Positions 49,807 through 59,624 of a DNA stretch of 64,000 nucleotides are shown here, piece after piece (position 1 is the first letter of the stretch; every line of letters begins with the position of its first letter). A model generated the notes under the pieces. The model worked only from the letters and a program-made list of their open reading frames with translations, searched no databases and was not told where the DNA came from. A program made the translations under genes and the position numbers. The stretch is from Alphaproteobacteria bacterium (lineage in GTDB: Bacteria > Pseudomonadota > Alphaproteobacteria > MPNO01), in contig CBDAUF010000001.1 in NCBI GenBank assembly GCA_965200535.1, positions 1,162,102 through 1,226,101 on the forward strand, given 5' to 3'.

Positions 49807-51096
49807 CTACATCAGGGAGGGCAGTAAGAGAGACAGCCACGGCACCAGCACGATCAGCATCAGCCGCAGGATGTCCACAACCCAGAACGGAGTCACGCCG
49901 GAGAAGATGGTGATTGTGGAAACGTCCCGGAGGACGCCTTTCAGCACAAACACGTTCATGCCGATCGGCGGTGTGATCAGGCTGATTTCGGTCACCACGA
50001 CGATGACGATGCCGAACCATATCAGGTCGAATCCGAGAGCGCTGACGATCGGTACGAAGACCGGAACCGTCAGAAGGAGCATGGAGAGACTCTCGAAGAC
50101 ACAACCGAGGCCGAGATAGATCAGCAGGATGACGGCGAGCACCAGCATCGGCGGGATGCGCATGTCCTGTATCATGGCGGCGAGCTGGTTGGGCATGTCG
50201 GTTTCGTTGATGTAATCGGCGAAGATCAACGCACCGATGAGAACGAAGAACAGCATCGCCGTGGTGGCGGCGGTCTCCGCGAAAATGCTGAACAGGCGCT
50301 GCCAGGTTACGTTGCCCGAGGCTAGGGCGAAGACGAATGCGCCGAAAGCGCCGATTCCGCCGGCCTCCGTCGGCGTAAAGACACCGAGATAGATTCCGCC
50401 GATGACGAGCACGAATAATGCGGCGACGCCCCAGACCCGGGCGAGGGCGCGCAGGCGCTGGTTCCATCCTGTGCGTTCCGCCACCGGTCCGAGGGACGGT
50501 TTCCACCACACAACGACGCGAATGGCGCCGAGATAGAACACGATGCCGATAATCCCGGGCAGCAGGCCGGCGATGAAAAGGAGGCTTATGTCCTGGCGCG
50601 CCATTATCCCGTAAAGAACCAGTATGACGCTCGGCGGAATGAGTATTCCCAGCGTGCCGCCCGCGGCGATGGCTCCTGCGGCTAGGCCGTCGCTGTAGCC
50701 GTAGCGGCGCATTGACGGCATGGCGACCCGGGCCATGGTCGCCGCCGTAGCGAGGCTCGAACCGCAGATTGCGCTGAAACCGCCGCAGGCTACGACGGTC
50801 GCCATGGCCAGGCCGCCGCGCAGGTGGCCGAGGAAAGCGTTGGACGCCGCGTACAATCTTTCCGACAGGCCGGCCCGCCCTACCAGGACACCCATGAGGA
50901 TGAACAGGGGAACAACCGACAGTTCGTAGTTCTCGGCGCCTCTGCGCGCCTTCTCGCCGATGATCGAGAAGGCGGGATCGAGGCCGCGCATCATGACGAA
51001 GCCCGTCGCGCCGACCAGCGCCATGGAGAACGCGATCGGTATCCGCACCAGCACCAGAACGATGACTGCGACGAAGGCGATTGCCGCTTCAAGCAT
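49807..51096 (-). CDS. dctM: TRAP transporter large permease DctM
   Basis: 429 aa, polytopic, DctM family. Confidence 0.85.
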   Translation of the reverse strand: MLEAAIAFVAVIVLVLVRIPIAFSMALVGATGFVMMRGLDPAFSIIGEKARRGAENYELSVVPLFILMGVLVGRAGLSERLYAASNAFLGHLRGGLAMATVVACGGFSAICGSSLATAATMARVAMPSMRRYGYSDGLAAGAIAAGGTLGILIPPSVILVLYGIMARQDISLLFIAGLLPGIIGIVFYLGAIRVVVWWKPSLGPVAERTGWNQRLRALARVWGVAALFVLVIGGIYLGVFTPTEAGGIGAFGAFVFALASGNVTWQRLFSIFAETAATTAMLFFVLIGALIFADYINETDMPNQLAAMIQDMRIPPMLVLAVILLIYLGLGCVFESLSMLLLTVPVFVPIVSALGFDLIWFGIVIVVVTEISLITPPIGMNVFVLKGVLRDVSTITIFSGVTPFWVVDILRLMLIVLVPWLSLLLPSLM

Positions 51097-51105
51097 GTGT
51101 CGGGT

Positions 51106-51639
51106 TCAGATAAATCCGGGTTCGGGGCGCCGGGCCCCGCGCGCGTAGCGCAGCATGTTGAACAGAAAAACCAGCGTTCCGATCAGCGAAAAAAGACACA
51201 TGAGATAGACCAGCGGAAAGCGGTGCCAGGTCAGGTATTCCCATGTTTCCCCCACCTCGCGAAGATCCTCCGCAAGAAGCCACAGGCACCAGGTCACCAC
51301 GCCGAGCATCATCATGGCGACTAGGTTGACGGCCAGCTGGCGAACCCGCACGAGCGTCCGGGGCACCGCGGAATCGAGCAGATCGACCACGATGTGCCCT
51401 TCCTGCCGGTTCACGGAAGGAAGGGCGCTGTAGATGGTCGCGGCCATGGTCAATTGCACGATTTCGTTGCCGCCCGGCAACGGTGCGCCCAACAGGTACC
51501 GCCCCGCCACGTCAACGACGGTTATGCCCATCAGGCAGAACAGCAGAACACCGGAAATTCCCCCGAAGACGCCGTGGACGACGGTCGTGAAACGGCTGCC
51601 GGTCCGCCACGGCTCTTCGGGCGGCGGGTTGGCTGACAC
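51106..51639 (-). CDS. dctQ: TRAP transporter small permease DctQ
   Basis: 177 aa, 4 TM helices. Assigned by position and pattern. Confidence 0.75.
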   Translation of the reverse strand: MSANPPPEEPWRTGSRFTTVVHGVFGGISGVLLFCLMGITVVDVAGRYLLGAPLPGGNEIVQLTMAATIYSALPSVNRQEGHIVVDLLDSAVPRTLVRVRQLAVNLVAMMMLGVVTWCLWLLAEDLREVGETWEYLTWHRFPLVYLMCLFSLIGTLVFLFNMLRYARGARRPEPGFI

Positions 51640-51651
51640 GATCGCTCCGGT

Positions 51652-52677
51652 TTATCCCTTGATCTTTGCGACCTCGTCGCGCAACGCCTTCAGCACCGGC
51701 CCGGCATCCTTCAGGCCGGCCTTCGTGGCGCGCGCGATCCATTCGCCGTCCAGATCGGAAAGCAGAGAGCGAATTTCCGCTGCGGTGTCCTTTTCGAATG
51801 AGGATATGGTATTGCCGGCGTCGCCGAGACCCTTGACCGCGAGCTTGTCGGCGCGGTCCCAGACGGATCCGAACATCGCCGACAACCGTTCTCCCGATGC
51901 CCGCATGAGCGCCGCCTGGTCGTCTTTCGACAACCCGTCGAACCTGTCCTTGTTGATGATGGCCGCAAAGCTCGCCGTATACAGTCCGCCGGGATAGGCG
52001 TAGTGGAACTTGACGGCGTCGCCGAGGCGGAAACTCCAGATGGTCTCGATCGAGAAGAAGATACCGTCGGCAACGCCGCGCGAGAGAATTTCATGCGCCT
52101 TCGTCGCCGGCGCCGACACCGTGACGATGCCCAGCCGCTTGGCAATCGCGGCCTGCGTGCCGCCGCCGGTCCTGACCTTGAGCCCCTTGATCGACGCCAG
52201 GGAGGCGATCGGCTTCCGCGTGTGAAGCATTCCCGGCCCGTGCGTAAAGAGCCCGAGAAGCTTGACGCCCTTGTGCTCGCCGAACCCCAGCAGCCGCTTG
52301 GTATAGACACGCCAGTAGGCGCGCGACATCTGCTCGGCATTTCCGTCCAGCCCGGGCAGTTCGACCATATCGGTGAAGACGAAACGGCCGGTCGTATAGC
52401 CGTGGGTAATCCATGCGACGTCGGCGATTCCCTTGCGGACACGGTCATACAGATCGCGCGGATTGATGGGAGGGTAGGTCATGCGGACATCCAGCCGCCC
52501 GGCGCTTTCCTCCTTGACCCACTTGATCCATTGCGGCCATCCATCCGTATTCATCGCGTGTTTCGGACCGGCATAGGTTTCCAGCTTGAGCGTCTCCGCC
52601 TGGGCGGCGCCGAGCGGAATCATCACCGCCCCCGTCAGGGCAAGGCCGCCCGCGATCGATCGCAACAGGGTGTTCAT
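51652..52677 (-). CDS. dctP: TRAP transporter substrate-binding protein DctP
   Basis: ATG at 52677 with GGAGGA upstream, signal peptide. The upstream 97 codons of the track ORF are artefact. Confidence 0.85.
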   Translation of the reverse strand: MNTLLRSIAGGLALTGAVMIPLGAAQAETLKLETYAGPKHAMNTDGWPQWIKWVKEESAGRLDVRMTYPPINPRDLYDRVRKGIADVAWITHGYTTGRFVFTDMVELPGLDGNAEQMSRAYWRVYTKRLLGFGEHKGVKLLGLFTHGPGMLHTRKPIASLASIKGLKVRTGGGTQAAIAKRLGIVTVSAPATKAHEILSRGVADGIFFSIETIWSFRLGDAVKFHYAYPGGLYTASFAAIINKDRFDGLSKDDQAALMRASGERLSAMFGSVWDRADKLAVKGLGDAGNTISSFEKDTAAEIRSLLSDLDGEWIARATKAGLKDAGPVLKALRDEVAKIKG

Positions 52678-52883
52678 TTGGTTTCCTCCATTATCCAGTT
52701 GGCGAGCCTCCGGATCGGTTGACCCGGTACAACGCTCCGCTTCGCCCGATCCGGCGTCACGTCGTGCAGCGCCGGCCCGGCCCGGATCGTCAAACCGCCA
52801 AGTGCTGCATCGAGAGCCGCAGGGTCGGCGTTCCCGGACGACCGTTCCATCCATCGAACGCGGACTCTTGCCGATCGACGCCG

Positions 52884-53084
52884 TCAAGTCACCCCCCTGC
52901 CGTAACGGGTCCCGGCGGTCGTTGACGGCAGTTCTCCAAATCTTCTCTTGTTGTCCTTTCGGAAGCACGCCTCGAACGGTTCGCGACAGCGGCGTGCCTG
53001 TTCGAGGCCGAAGGTCTCGATGGTGTGGTCGGCGATCGTGGCAAGGTCGGTTTCGGCGAGAGAGGCGAGCCGATAGTCAGTCAT
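52884..53084 (-). CDS. parE: ParE/RelE-family toxin, apparently C-terminally truncated or degraded (66 aa)
   Basis: MTDYRLASLAETDLATIADHTIETFGLEQARR… ParE-like N-terminus. The C-terminal third is missing or diverged. Its ATG overlaps the parD 3' end by 8 nt. Confidence 0.45.
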   Translation of the reverse strand: MTDYRLASLAETDLATIADHTIETFGLEQARRCREPFEACFRKDNKRRFGELPSTTAGTRYGRGVT

Positions 53085-53331
53085 GCCGCGCGCGATAGCG
53101 CTGCTCCGCCTCGGCCCACACTTCCGCTACCGTCCTGTCGCTCGCACCGCCTTCCAGACCGTCCTGGACGGCCCGTTTCAAGGCGCGGAATTGCGCATTC
53201 TGTTCCTGGTCTCGGCGGATCAGATCGCGAAAATACTCGCTGTCATTTCCGTACTCGCCGCTGGCAACCAGGGTTCGGATCCATTGCTCCTGCCGATCCG
53301 TCACGGTGATGCTCTTCTTGACCAGCGGCAT
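53077..53331 (-). CDS. parD: ParD-family antitoxin (CC2985/PF03693-like)
   Basis: MPLVKKSITVTDRQEQWIRTLVASGEYGNDSEYFRDLIRRDQEQ… ATG at 53331 with AAGGAA upstream. Confidence 0.75.
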   Translation of the reverse strand: MPLVKKSITVTDRQEQWIRTLVASGEYGNDSEYFRDLIRRDQEQNAQFRALKRAVQDGLEGGASDRTVAEVWAEAEQRYRARHD

Positions 53332-53339
53332 GTTGGTTC

Positions 53340-53370
53340 CTTTCGACGATCGGAATATATCCGAATATAT
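53340..53370. promoter_or_regulatory. AT-rich near-palindrome TCGGAATATATCCGAATATATCGGA immediately upstream of parD (putative autoregulatory operator)
   Basis: Read directly. Its position is typical for ParD operators. Confidence 0.4.
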
Positions 53371-53545
53371 CGGATGACACGCTCTGCGCCAACGGCGCGG
53401 CATCGGGGAAGCCTTCGGCCTAGCCAGCGTGTTCATCACCGCAGGGCTGGCGTTGGCCCGGATCGACCGTTCGGTGACCGACATCGATCACGGTGCATCC
53501 GTGCCGCCCCGGTTCGATCCCGATGACTCATTGCGGGACTGCTAG

Positions 53546-53803
53546 ACGGCGCCCGGCTGGGCCATCGGCGTCGGCCATGAGACGAAACTGTCGGATACCT
53601 GGATGGTGCGGCTGGAGGCGTCCTACATGGACTTCGACAGCAGCACTCATCACGTGAACCGGTCTGGCGACAACCGCTGCGGGCCGGAAGGGCCCAACAG
53701 ACCACGCCCCTGCGAGGTCGCGCATTCCGTCGGCACGATCCGCGCGACGATTGTCCATCGCTTCGGGAATGATCTCGGAACTGGTATACGGCCGGGAAGC
53801 TGA
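53546..53803 (+). pseudogene. 3' fragment of an outer-membrane beta-barrel (OmpA/Omp25-like) gene
   Basis: Hand translation gives …WAIGVGHETKLSDTWMVRLEASYMDFDSSTHHVN…VGTIRATIVHRF. This resembles C-terminal strands of OMP_b-brl proteins, but there is no start and no upstream barrel. Confidence 0.35.
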
Positions 53804-53915
53804 GGCTGACGGAACTCCTGATTGAGTTCGATTTCAACGAATGCGCGCCGCGCAGCCGGTGACGGCTCGAGCGCCGATCCTTGTCCGATGCCGGGGGAGT
53901 TCCTATGATCGGCGC

Positions 53916-54383
53916 ATGACCGGGGCGATCGCCTTCGACACCCACCGCTTCGTCAAACGTCTGACGGAGAGCGGCTTCACCGAGAGGCAGGCCGAGACGC
54001 TGGCGGAAGAGCATGTCGCCCTGCTCAACGCCAATCTTGCGACCAAGGCCGACAGCGCGGCGATCCATGCCGAGATAACGCGGGTCGAGGCCGGCATCGA
54101 GACGCTGCGTCAGGAGACCCGGGCCGACATAGCGCAGGTCGAGGCCGGCGTCGAGACGCTGCGTCAGGAGACTCGGGCCGACATAGCGCGGGTCGAGGCC
54201 GGCATCGAGGCGCTGCGTCAGGAGACCCAAGCCGACATAGCGCGGGTCGAGGCCGGCATCGAGGCGCTGCGTCAGGAGACCCGGGCGGGCATGGAGGCCG
54301 TGAAGGCCGATTTGCTGAAATGGCTGTTCGGCGCGCTGGTTGCCCAGGGAGGTCTGATCGTCGCCCTGGTCAAGCTGCTGTAG
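53916..54383 (+). CDS. DUF1640 coiled-coil protein with C-terminal TM anchor
   Basis: MTGAIAFDTHRFVKRLTESGFTERQAETLAEE…LATKADSAAIHAEI… then four 17-aa repeats and a TM tail. Confidence 0.7.
   Translation: MTGAIAFDTHRFVKRLTESGFTERQAETLAEEHVALLNANLATKADSAAIHAEITRVEAGIETLRQETRADIAQVEAGVETLRQETRADIARVEAGIEALRQETQADIARVEAGIEALRQETRAGMEAVKADLLKWLFGALVAQGGLIVALVKLL
54082..54290 (+). repeat. 4 x 51-bp near-perfect tandem repeat inside the DUF1640 gene (17-aa unit RVEAGIEALRQETRADIA)
   Basis: Read directly. The antisense ORF 53436..54230 (GLLTQRLDAGLDPRY repeats) is its mirror artefact. Confidence 0.85.
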
Positions 54384-54627
54384 CGCCGCGCGCCTGCGCC
54401 GACAGGGGCTGTGACGGCGGCCGCTTCCGCGGCGCCCTTGCCGGGCGCGGGGTCGTGTCCCGCCTCCCCGATCGTCGCAACCGCAAACACCGGTCGATTA
54501 TGACCAAGGGCTTGTACAAGCGCCCAAACCTCATCGAACGCATGTGCAGCAGCCGTCATCTTCCGGTCATGATTCCTGAGCCGATACCGAGGCATTCGCA
54601 TTCCCTGCTGCACCCGCCGGCAGCACG

Positions 54628-55464
54628 TCATCTCGACCGGCGGTTGATCGCGTAGCCGCCCCGACCGCCCTTGAAGGGTTGGATGAGCAGGTTGTGGAGG
54701 TGGAGTTCGGCCGGGTCGCGGAAGCGGTCCAGGCCGATCGTCATCGACTCGTGGCCCAACTCCGGCTGCGCCCGATAGGTGCCGAAGAGACGGTCCCACC
54801 AGGGGAAGTTGAAACCAAAATTGCTGTTGGTCTCGGCGTCGATGTCGGAATGGTGGACGCGGTGCATGTCGGGGGTCACCACGAACAGGCGGAGTCCCCG
54901 GTCGAGTCCCTCCGGCATACGCAGGTTGCCGTGATTGAACATCGAGGTTCCGTTGAGCAACACCTCGAAAACGACCACGGCGAGCGCCGCCGGGCCGATA
55001 ACGATCACAGCCGCGAGCTTCAACAGCACCGACAGCAGGATCTCGAACGGGTGGAAGCGGGCCCCGGTGGTGACGTCGAAGTCCAGGTCGGCGTGATGCA
55101 TGCGATGCAGCCGCCACAGCACCGGCACGGCGTGGAACATGACGTGCTGGAGGTAGACGACGAGATCGAGGATGACCACCGCGATCAGAACTTCCAGCCA
55201 GAACGGCAGCGCGACCAGGTTGAGCACGCCCCAGCCGCGTTCCCCTGCGGTGGCCGCCAGCGCGACCGGAACCATGGGGACGAGCAGCCGCACGGCTGCG
55301 GTGTTCAGCGCGACGATGGCGATATTGGCGTACCACCGCTTCCAGCGCGGCTGGCTCAATACCCGCCTCGGTGCGGCCAATTCCCACAGCGCCACCACGG
55401 CGAAGATGCCGACGAAGAAGCCGAGCCTGATCGCGGGCTCGCCGGCGGCGATGAACTCCGGCAT
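54628..55464 (-). CDS. fatty-acid hydroxylase/sterol desaturase-family membrane protein
   Basis: His boxes HRMHH and HRVHH, polytopic, 278 aa. Confidence 0.75.
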   Translation of the reverse strand: MPEFIAAGEPAIRLGFFVGIFAVVALWELAAPRRVLSQPRWKRWYANIAIVALNTAAVRLLVPMVPVALAATAGERGWGVLNLVALPFWLEVLIAVVILDLVVYLQHVMFHAVPVLWRLHRMHHADLDFDVTTGARFHPFEILLSVLLKLAAVIVIGPAALAVVVFEVLLNGTSMFNHGNLRMPEGLDRGLRLFVVTPDMHRVHHSDIDAETNSNFGFNFPWWDRLFGTYRAQPELGHESMTIGLDRFRDPAELHLHNLLIQPFKGGRGGYAINRRSR

Positions 55465-55467
55465 CCT

Positions 55468-55815
55468 TTACCCCGGAACGTTATCGTCCATCGTCACATC
55501 GAGCATGACGGCGAGCTTGCGAAGGGCTTTCACCGAGCCCTCATCACGGCCCGCTTCGATCTCGACAATCCGCACCCGATTGACGCCCGAGACGCGCGCG
55601 CGCTTCGACCGGGAACGGTCACGGTATTCGCCCCAGACCCGGGGCGGCGATGTGCCCGCGAAGAGGCGGTCCGCGACATGGGACGGGACCGGTTCTTCCT
55701 CTCCGGCCGCGATCCATGCCTTGAAGTCCGGCGCTGCGTGCAAGTCATCAGAGTCTTCTTCCGCGGCGCACAGGCGGTCATGCCCGGCTCTTGGGGCGGC
55801 CACGGTTTGGATCAT
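55468..55815 (-). CDS. putative XRE-type HTH regulator
   Basis: C-terminal VNRVRIVEIEAGRDEGSVKALRKLAVML resembles an XRE helix-turn-helix. It lies 3 nt upstream of the desaturase gene. Confidence 0.35.
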   Translation of the reverse strand: MIQTVAAPRAGHDRLCAAEEDSDDLHAAPDFKAWIAAGEEEPVPSHVADRLFAGTSPPRVWGEYRDRSRSKRARVSGVNRVRIVEIEAGRDEGSVKALRKLAVMLDVTMDDNVPG

Positions 55816-56086
55816 CGCGGTTTGTCTCCGGCAACGGCGCCGCTCAGCTTGGCAAACAAACAGTACCAGTGTTGGGCACCGAACGAGAATGGTCGGGGTG
55901 TCTGCGGATGCTCCATTCGCGTTGGGGAGGACCTGCGCAACGTTTGCGCTGCTCTACGGGATCTATCGCGTCGTCTGGTCGATCGCCCACCGGATGGAGC
56001 GGCGGCCGCGCGCGACGCTCGAAGAGCGCTGGCTGCCGCGACAGCTCTACCCGGAGATGTCCTGAGCGGGGAGCGGCCCGTCCGTG

Positions 56087-57370
56087 TCAGGCGTCGAGCC
56101 TGCGGTTGCTCCAGAAATGCTCGGCGCGCCGGGCGAGGCGTTCGTCGAGATAGCGCCTGGCAAGGCCGCTGTCACCGCTCCTGAGCGCCGCCTCGAGCAG
56201 GGTGTCGTGAAAGGCATCGCGCTGGGTCTTGCTGCCGCCGAGCCGGATAATCTCATCCCATATGGGCTCGGTCTTCGCGACGACGCGGCCCCACTCGCCA
56301 CGGATGAAAGCGTGCTGCGCTTCGTTGAGCGGGATCACCACCCGCTCCCAGATGTCGTTGCCGGACGCCCGTCCGCGTGCGCGCAGACTGTCGAGATGGG
56401 CCTCCGCGGTCTCCCAGTCGCGCCCCCCGGCCAGCGCCATCCCGACATGCGAATGGTGGAAGGGCGAATCTTCGGGCCGGTCGAGCTGGTCCCTGAGAAT
56501 GTCGGCGAAGGGTTGCCAGCGCTCGCCTACGTCCATGCCGTAAAGTTCGAAGCGCCAGAGCGTGGAAACTGTGTTGCGCAAGTCGAGCCCGCGCGGCGAC
56601 GGCTTGCGTTCGAACCAGCCGCGGCACATCTCGGAAGCCTGCTCGTAGCCGCCGACCGCGATGCGGTAAAGCACCAGGTGCCACAGCATGTGGTTGCGGT
56701 AATAGTTCATGTGGACGCAGGCATCGAGCGCCGGCGGCACGCGCTCCAGCGCCTCGTCATAGGCCTGCAGATCGTAGAGCGCGTGCGTCAGCGCATGAAC
56801 GCCCCAGGTGTCCTCCGGGTTCCGCGCGATGCAGCGCTCGGCCCAGCGCACCGCCGCTTCGCCCTCGCCCTGCTCCTCGAGGACGAAGGCGAAGAGGCCG
56901 TGCACGAAGGAGTCCTCGGGCAGCGCCTGCAGCAATGTCTCCGACAGCTCTCGCATGTCGGCGAAGCGCCCCTGGAAAAACCACATCAGGTAGAGCCGCT
57001 GTGCGATCATGAGGTCCGCCGGCCAGGCGCCGAGATGGGCGCGCATCGCCGCCTCGGCATCGCGCGGGCGCAGATTCACATAGTGGTCGAGCGCGGCCAC
57101 CAGGCTCTGCTCCCGCTCGGAGCCCCGGTCCGCCGCCCGCTTTGCCGCGATTATCGCGGCCCGCGCCTCGCCGAAGTCCTCTTCGACGAAACAGGCCGCC
57201 GCGAGCCCGGCGTGAGCGGCCGCGAGACCCGCGTCCCCGGCGACCGCATCGCGGAAAAAATCCACCGACCGGACGTCCCACGAAAGAAGACCCTTGACCC
57301 CCCGGTCGAAGGCGTCCGCTGCGTCCCCGGATGCGGTCGACAGCGAGAGCCCGTAGGCATCGAGCTGCAT
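56087..57370 (-). CDS. TPR-like helical repeat protein (paralog of 59625..61331)
   Basis: ATG at 57370. Helical repeat composition, with motifs shared with the second TPR protein (DTWGVHALTHALYD / DNLWAMHGLLECV). Confidence 0.55.
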   Translation of the reverse strand: MQLDAYGLSLSTASGDAADAFDRGVKGLLSWDVRSVDFFRDAVAGDAGLAAAHAGLAAACFVEEDFGEARAAIIAAKRAADRGSEREQSLVAALDHYVNLRPRDAEAAMRAHLGAWPADLMIAQRLYLMWFFQGRFADMRELSETLLQALPEDSFVHGLFAFVLEEQGEGEAAVRWAERCIARNPEDTWGVHALTHALYDLQAYDEALERVPPALDACVHMNYYRNHMLWHLVLYRIAVGGYEQASEMCRGWFERKPSPRGLDLRNTVSTLWRFELYGMDVGERWQPFADILRDQLDRPEDSPFHHSHVGMALAGGRDWETAEAHLDSLRARGRASGNDIWERVVIPLNEAQHAFIRGEWGRVVAKTEPIWDEIIRLGGSKTQRDAFHDTLLEAALRSGDSGLARRYLDERLARRAEHFWSNRRLDA

Positions 57371-57463
57371 GATGTCCCTTCCGGCCCTGCGGTGTAGCAT
57401 GGATCAGTTTAGCGGCGCTCCGAAAACGCGTGCAACGTCGTCCGGCCGCGAGGAGGTGTCGTC

Positions 57464-58279
57464 ATGGATGGGATGATCGGCTCGGCCCGGCTATACGAAT
57501 GGTCGCCCGGCCTCGGAACCGCCTGGGGCGACTTGCTGCGCTGGGTGAGCGAGACGGCCGGCGTCGTCTACGAGGTCATCCCGCGAGACGTGCCGATGGG
57601 GCTCGACGAGCTCTGGGCGCGGGGCGACATGGGGTGCGTGGCGATGTGCGGCTACCCCTGGGTACTGGCCGAGGAACCGCCGCGTCTGCTCGCCGCGCCG
57701 GTGCCCGCGCCGCCGCGCTACGGCGACCGGCCGGTCTACGTCAGCGACTTCGTGGTGCCTCCCGACAGCCCGTTCGGGGCCCTGGAGGACACGTTCGGCC
57801 ACCGCTTCGCCTACTCCACCGAGCACTCCCAGTCGGGCTACAACGCGGCGCGCTACCACCTGCTGTCCTATCGGACGGCGGATCGGTCGTCGCTGTTCGG
57901 CAAGGTGCTGGGGCCCTATATGCGCCAAGGCGCGGTGCTCGACGCGTTCGCGGCGGGCGAGGCGGATGTCGCCGCCGTCGACGGTTTCGCGCTCGACTTG
58001 CTGCGCCGTCACGACCCGGATTCGGCGGGCCGGGTGCGGGTGATCGCGACCACCGAGGCGGCGCCGATCCTGCCCATGGTGACCTCGCTCGCTGCAGACG
58101 ATGCGGACCGGCGGCGCCTCATCGACGCGCTTCTCGCCTTCGGTGCGGCGCCCGAGATGGCGGCGACGCGCGATGCACTGCTGCTCAGCCGGTTCGAGAC
58201 CGTGTTGCCGGAGATATTCGACGAGCTGATCGACCGCCAGCGTGCGGCGGAAGATGCGGGCTACGCGAAGATCGCCTGA
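57464..58279 (+). CDS. PhnD/SsuA-like substrate-binding-fold protein without an obvious signal peptide
   Basis: YHLLSYR… pattern of COG3221-type binding proteins. The assignment is tentative. Confidence 0.5.
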   Translation: MDGMIGSARLYEWSPGLGTAWGDLLRWVSETAGVVYEVIPRDVPMGLDELWARGDMGCVAMCGYPWVLAEEPPRLLAAPVPAPPRYGDRPVYVSDFVVPPDSPFGALEDTFGHRFAYSTEHSQSGYNAARYHLLSYRTADRSSLFGKVLGPYMRQGAVLDAFAAGEADVAAVDGFALDLLRRHDPDSAGRVRVIATTEAAPILPMVTSLAADDADRRRLIDALLAFGAAPEMAATRDALLLSRFETVLPEIFDELIDRQRAAEDAGYAKIA

Positions 58280-58304
58280 CCCCGCTTCGATTGACTGACG
58301 CCGG

Positions 58305-59426
58305 TCAATCGTTGCCCCAGACCTCCCTGGCCACGTCGACCACGAGGCCGAGCTTGGCCATCTCGTCGGCCTCCGCGATGGGGTTGCCCTGGTAGATGCT
58401 GGCGAAGCCGCATTGCGGGCTCAGCCCGAGCTGTTCCATCGGCACGTAGCGGGCGGCCTCGTCGATCCGGCGTTTCAAGTCGTCCTTCGGTTCGAGCGCC
58501 GCCTTCTTGGTCGTGACGAGCCCGAGCACAACCAGCTTGTCGTCCCGCTGGAGGTGGCGCAACGGCGTGAAGTCGCCCGCCCGCGGCTAGTCGTATTCCA
58601 TGAACAGGGCGTCGACCTCGAGGTCGTTCAGCAGGGCCTCGGCGACCGGCTCGTAGCCGCCCTCCGCCACCCAGGCGCCGCGCACGTTCCCGCGGCACAT
58701 ATGCAAGCCGACGCGCTGACCGGCGGGCCGGTTGCGGATGCAGGCGTTGATGATCTTCGCATAGAAGCCCGGCAGCTCGTCCAGATCCTCGCCGATGCGG
58801 CGGTACCGGTCGTGGAACTTCGGGTCGCACATATGGGCGAAGTTGGTATCGTCGATCTGCACGAAGTCGCAGCCCGCATCCCACAGCGCGTGAAGCTCGG
58901 CGTTGTATACCTCGGCGAGCCCGGCAATCAGCGCGTCCTTGTCGGGATAGAGCGCCTTGTTGATTCCGGCCCAGCCGCCCCGGGCGTACATGTAGGTGGG
59001 CGAGGGGATGCACGTCTTGACCGTGCGGTCGGTCAGTGCGCTGGTGAACTTGTAATCCTCCACCGCCAGTCCGCCGGGCGGATGCCCCAGCCGACCGGTG
59101 ACCTCCAGCACCGGCGGGGCGTATTCGATGTCCTCGTCCTCGTAGTGGAAGTGGAACTCGACCCGGCCGGTCAACTCGACGCCCTCGATCCGGGTCAGGA
59201 TCGGGGTGTGAAATTCGTAGCGACGAAACTCGCCGTCGGTCACCGTCGGGATGCCGGTCTCCTCCTGGAGCGACACGACCCGGCGGATACAGCGGTCCTC
59301 GACCTCGCGCCGCGCCCGGTCGTCGATCTCTCCGCGTTCGTGCGCCTCAAGCGTCCGCTGCAACTCCATCGGGCGCAACAGGCTGCCAATATGGTCGGCG
59401 CGGAATGGCGGCTTTCCCGGTTGCAT
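58305..59426 (-). pseudogene. cobalamin-independent methionine synthase MetE C-terminal-domain-like (UROD/MetE-like) gene interrupted by one in-frame TAG at 58587-58589
   Basis: ORFs 58587..59567 and 58305..58562 are in the same frame, separated by TAG plus 8 sense codons. ATG at 59426 with GGGGAGAG RBS. The conserved …CGF… zinc-site region lies in the downstream part. Confidence 0.65.
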
Positions 59427-59624
59427 GACGGCAACTCTCCCCAAGTCCAGCGTCCCTAGACGATCCAGCGTGACAGCCGCCGGGTCCCCGGGCAAGCGGC
59501 GTCCGAACGATACCATCGGAGCGACGGCCCGAACCTGAACCAGAGCCGGCGCCCGCTTCATCCGCACACGGCGATGAAGACAACAGGGGCCCGAAGGCTT
59601 TCGCGATCGGCGGGCCAGTGTGCC

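Noticed and set aside
53436-54230. Minus-strand ORF with GLLTQRLDAGLDPRY repeats.
   Set aside because: Antisense reading of the DUF1640 51-bp tandem repeats.
54082-54290. Tandem repeats as a CRISPR array.
   Set aside because: The units are contiguous with no spacers, 51 bp long, and in-frame coding for a coiled-coil. No cas genes were seen.
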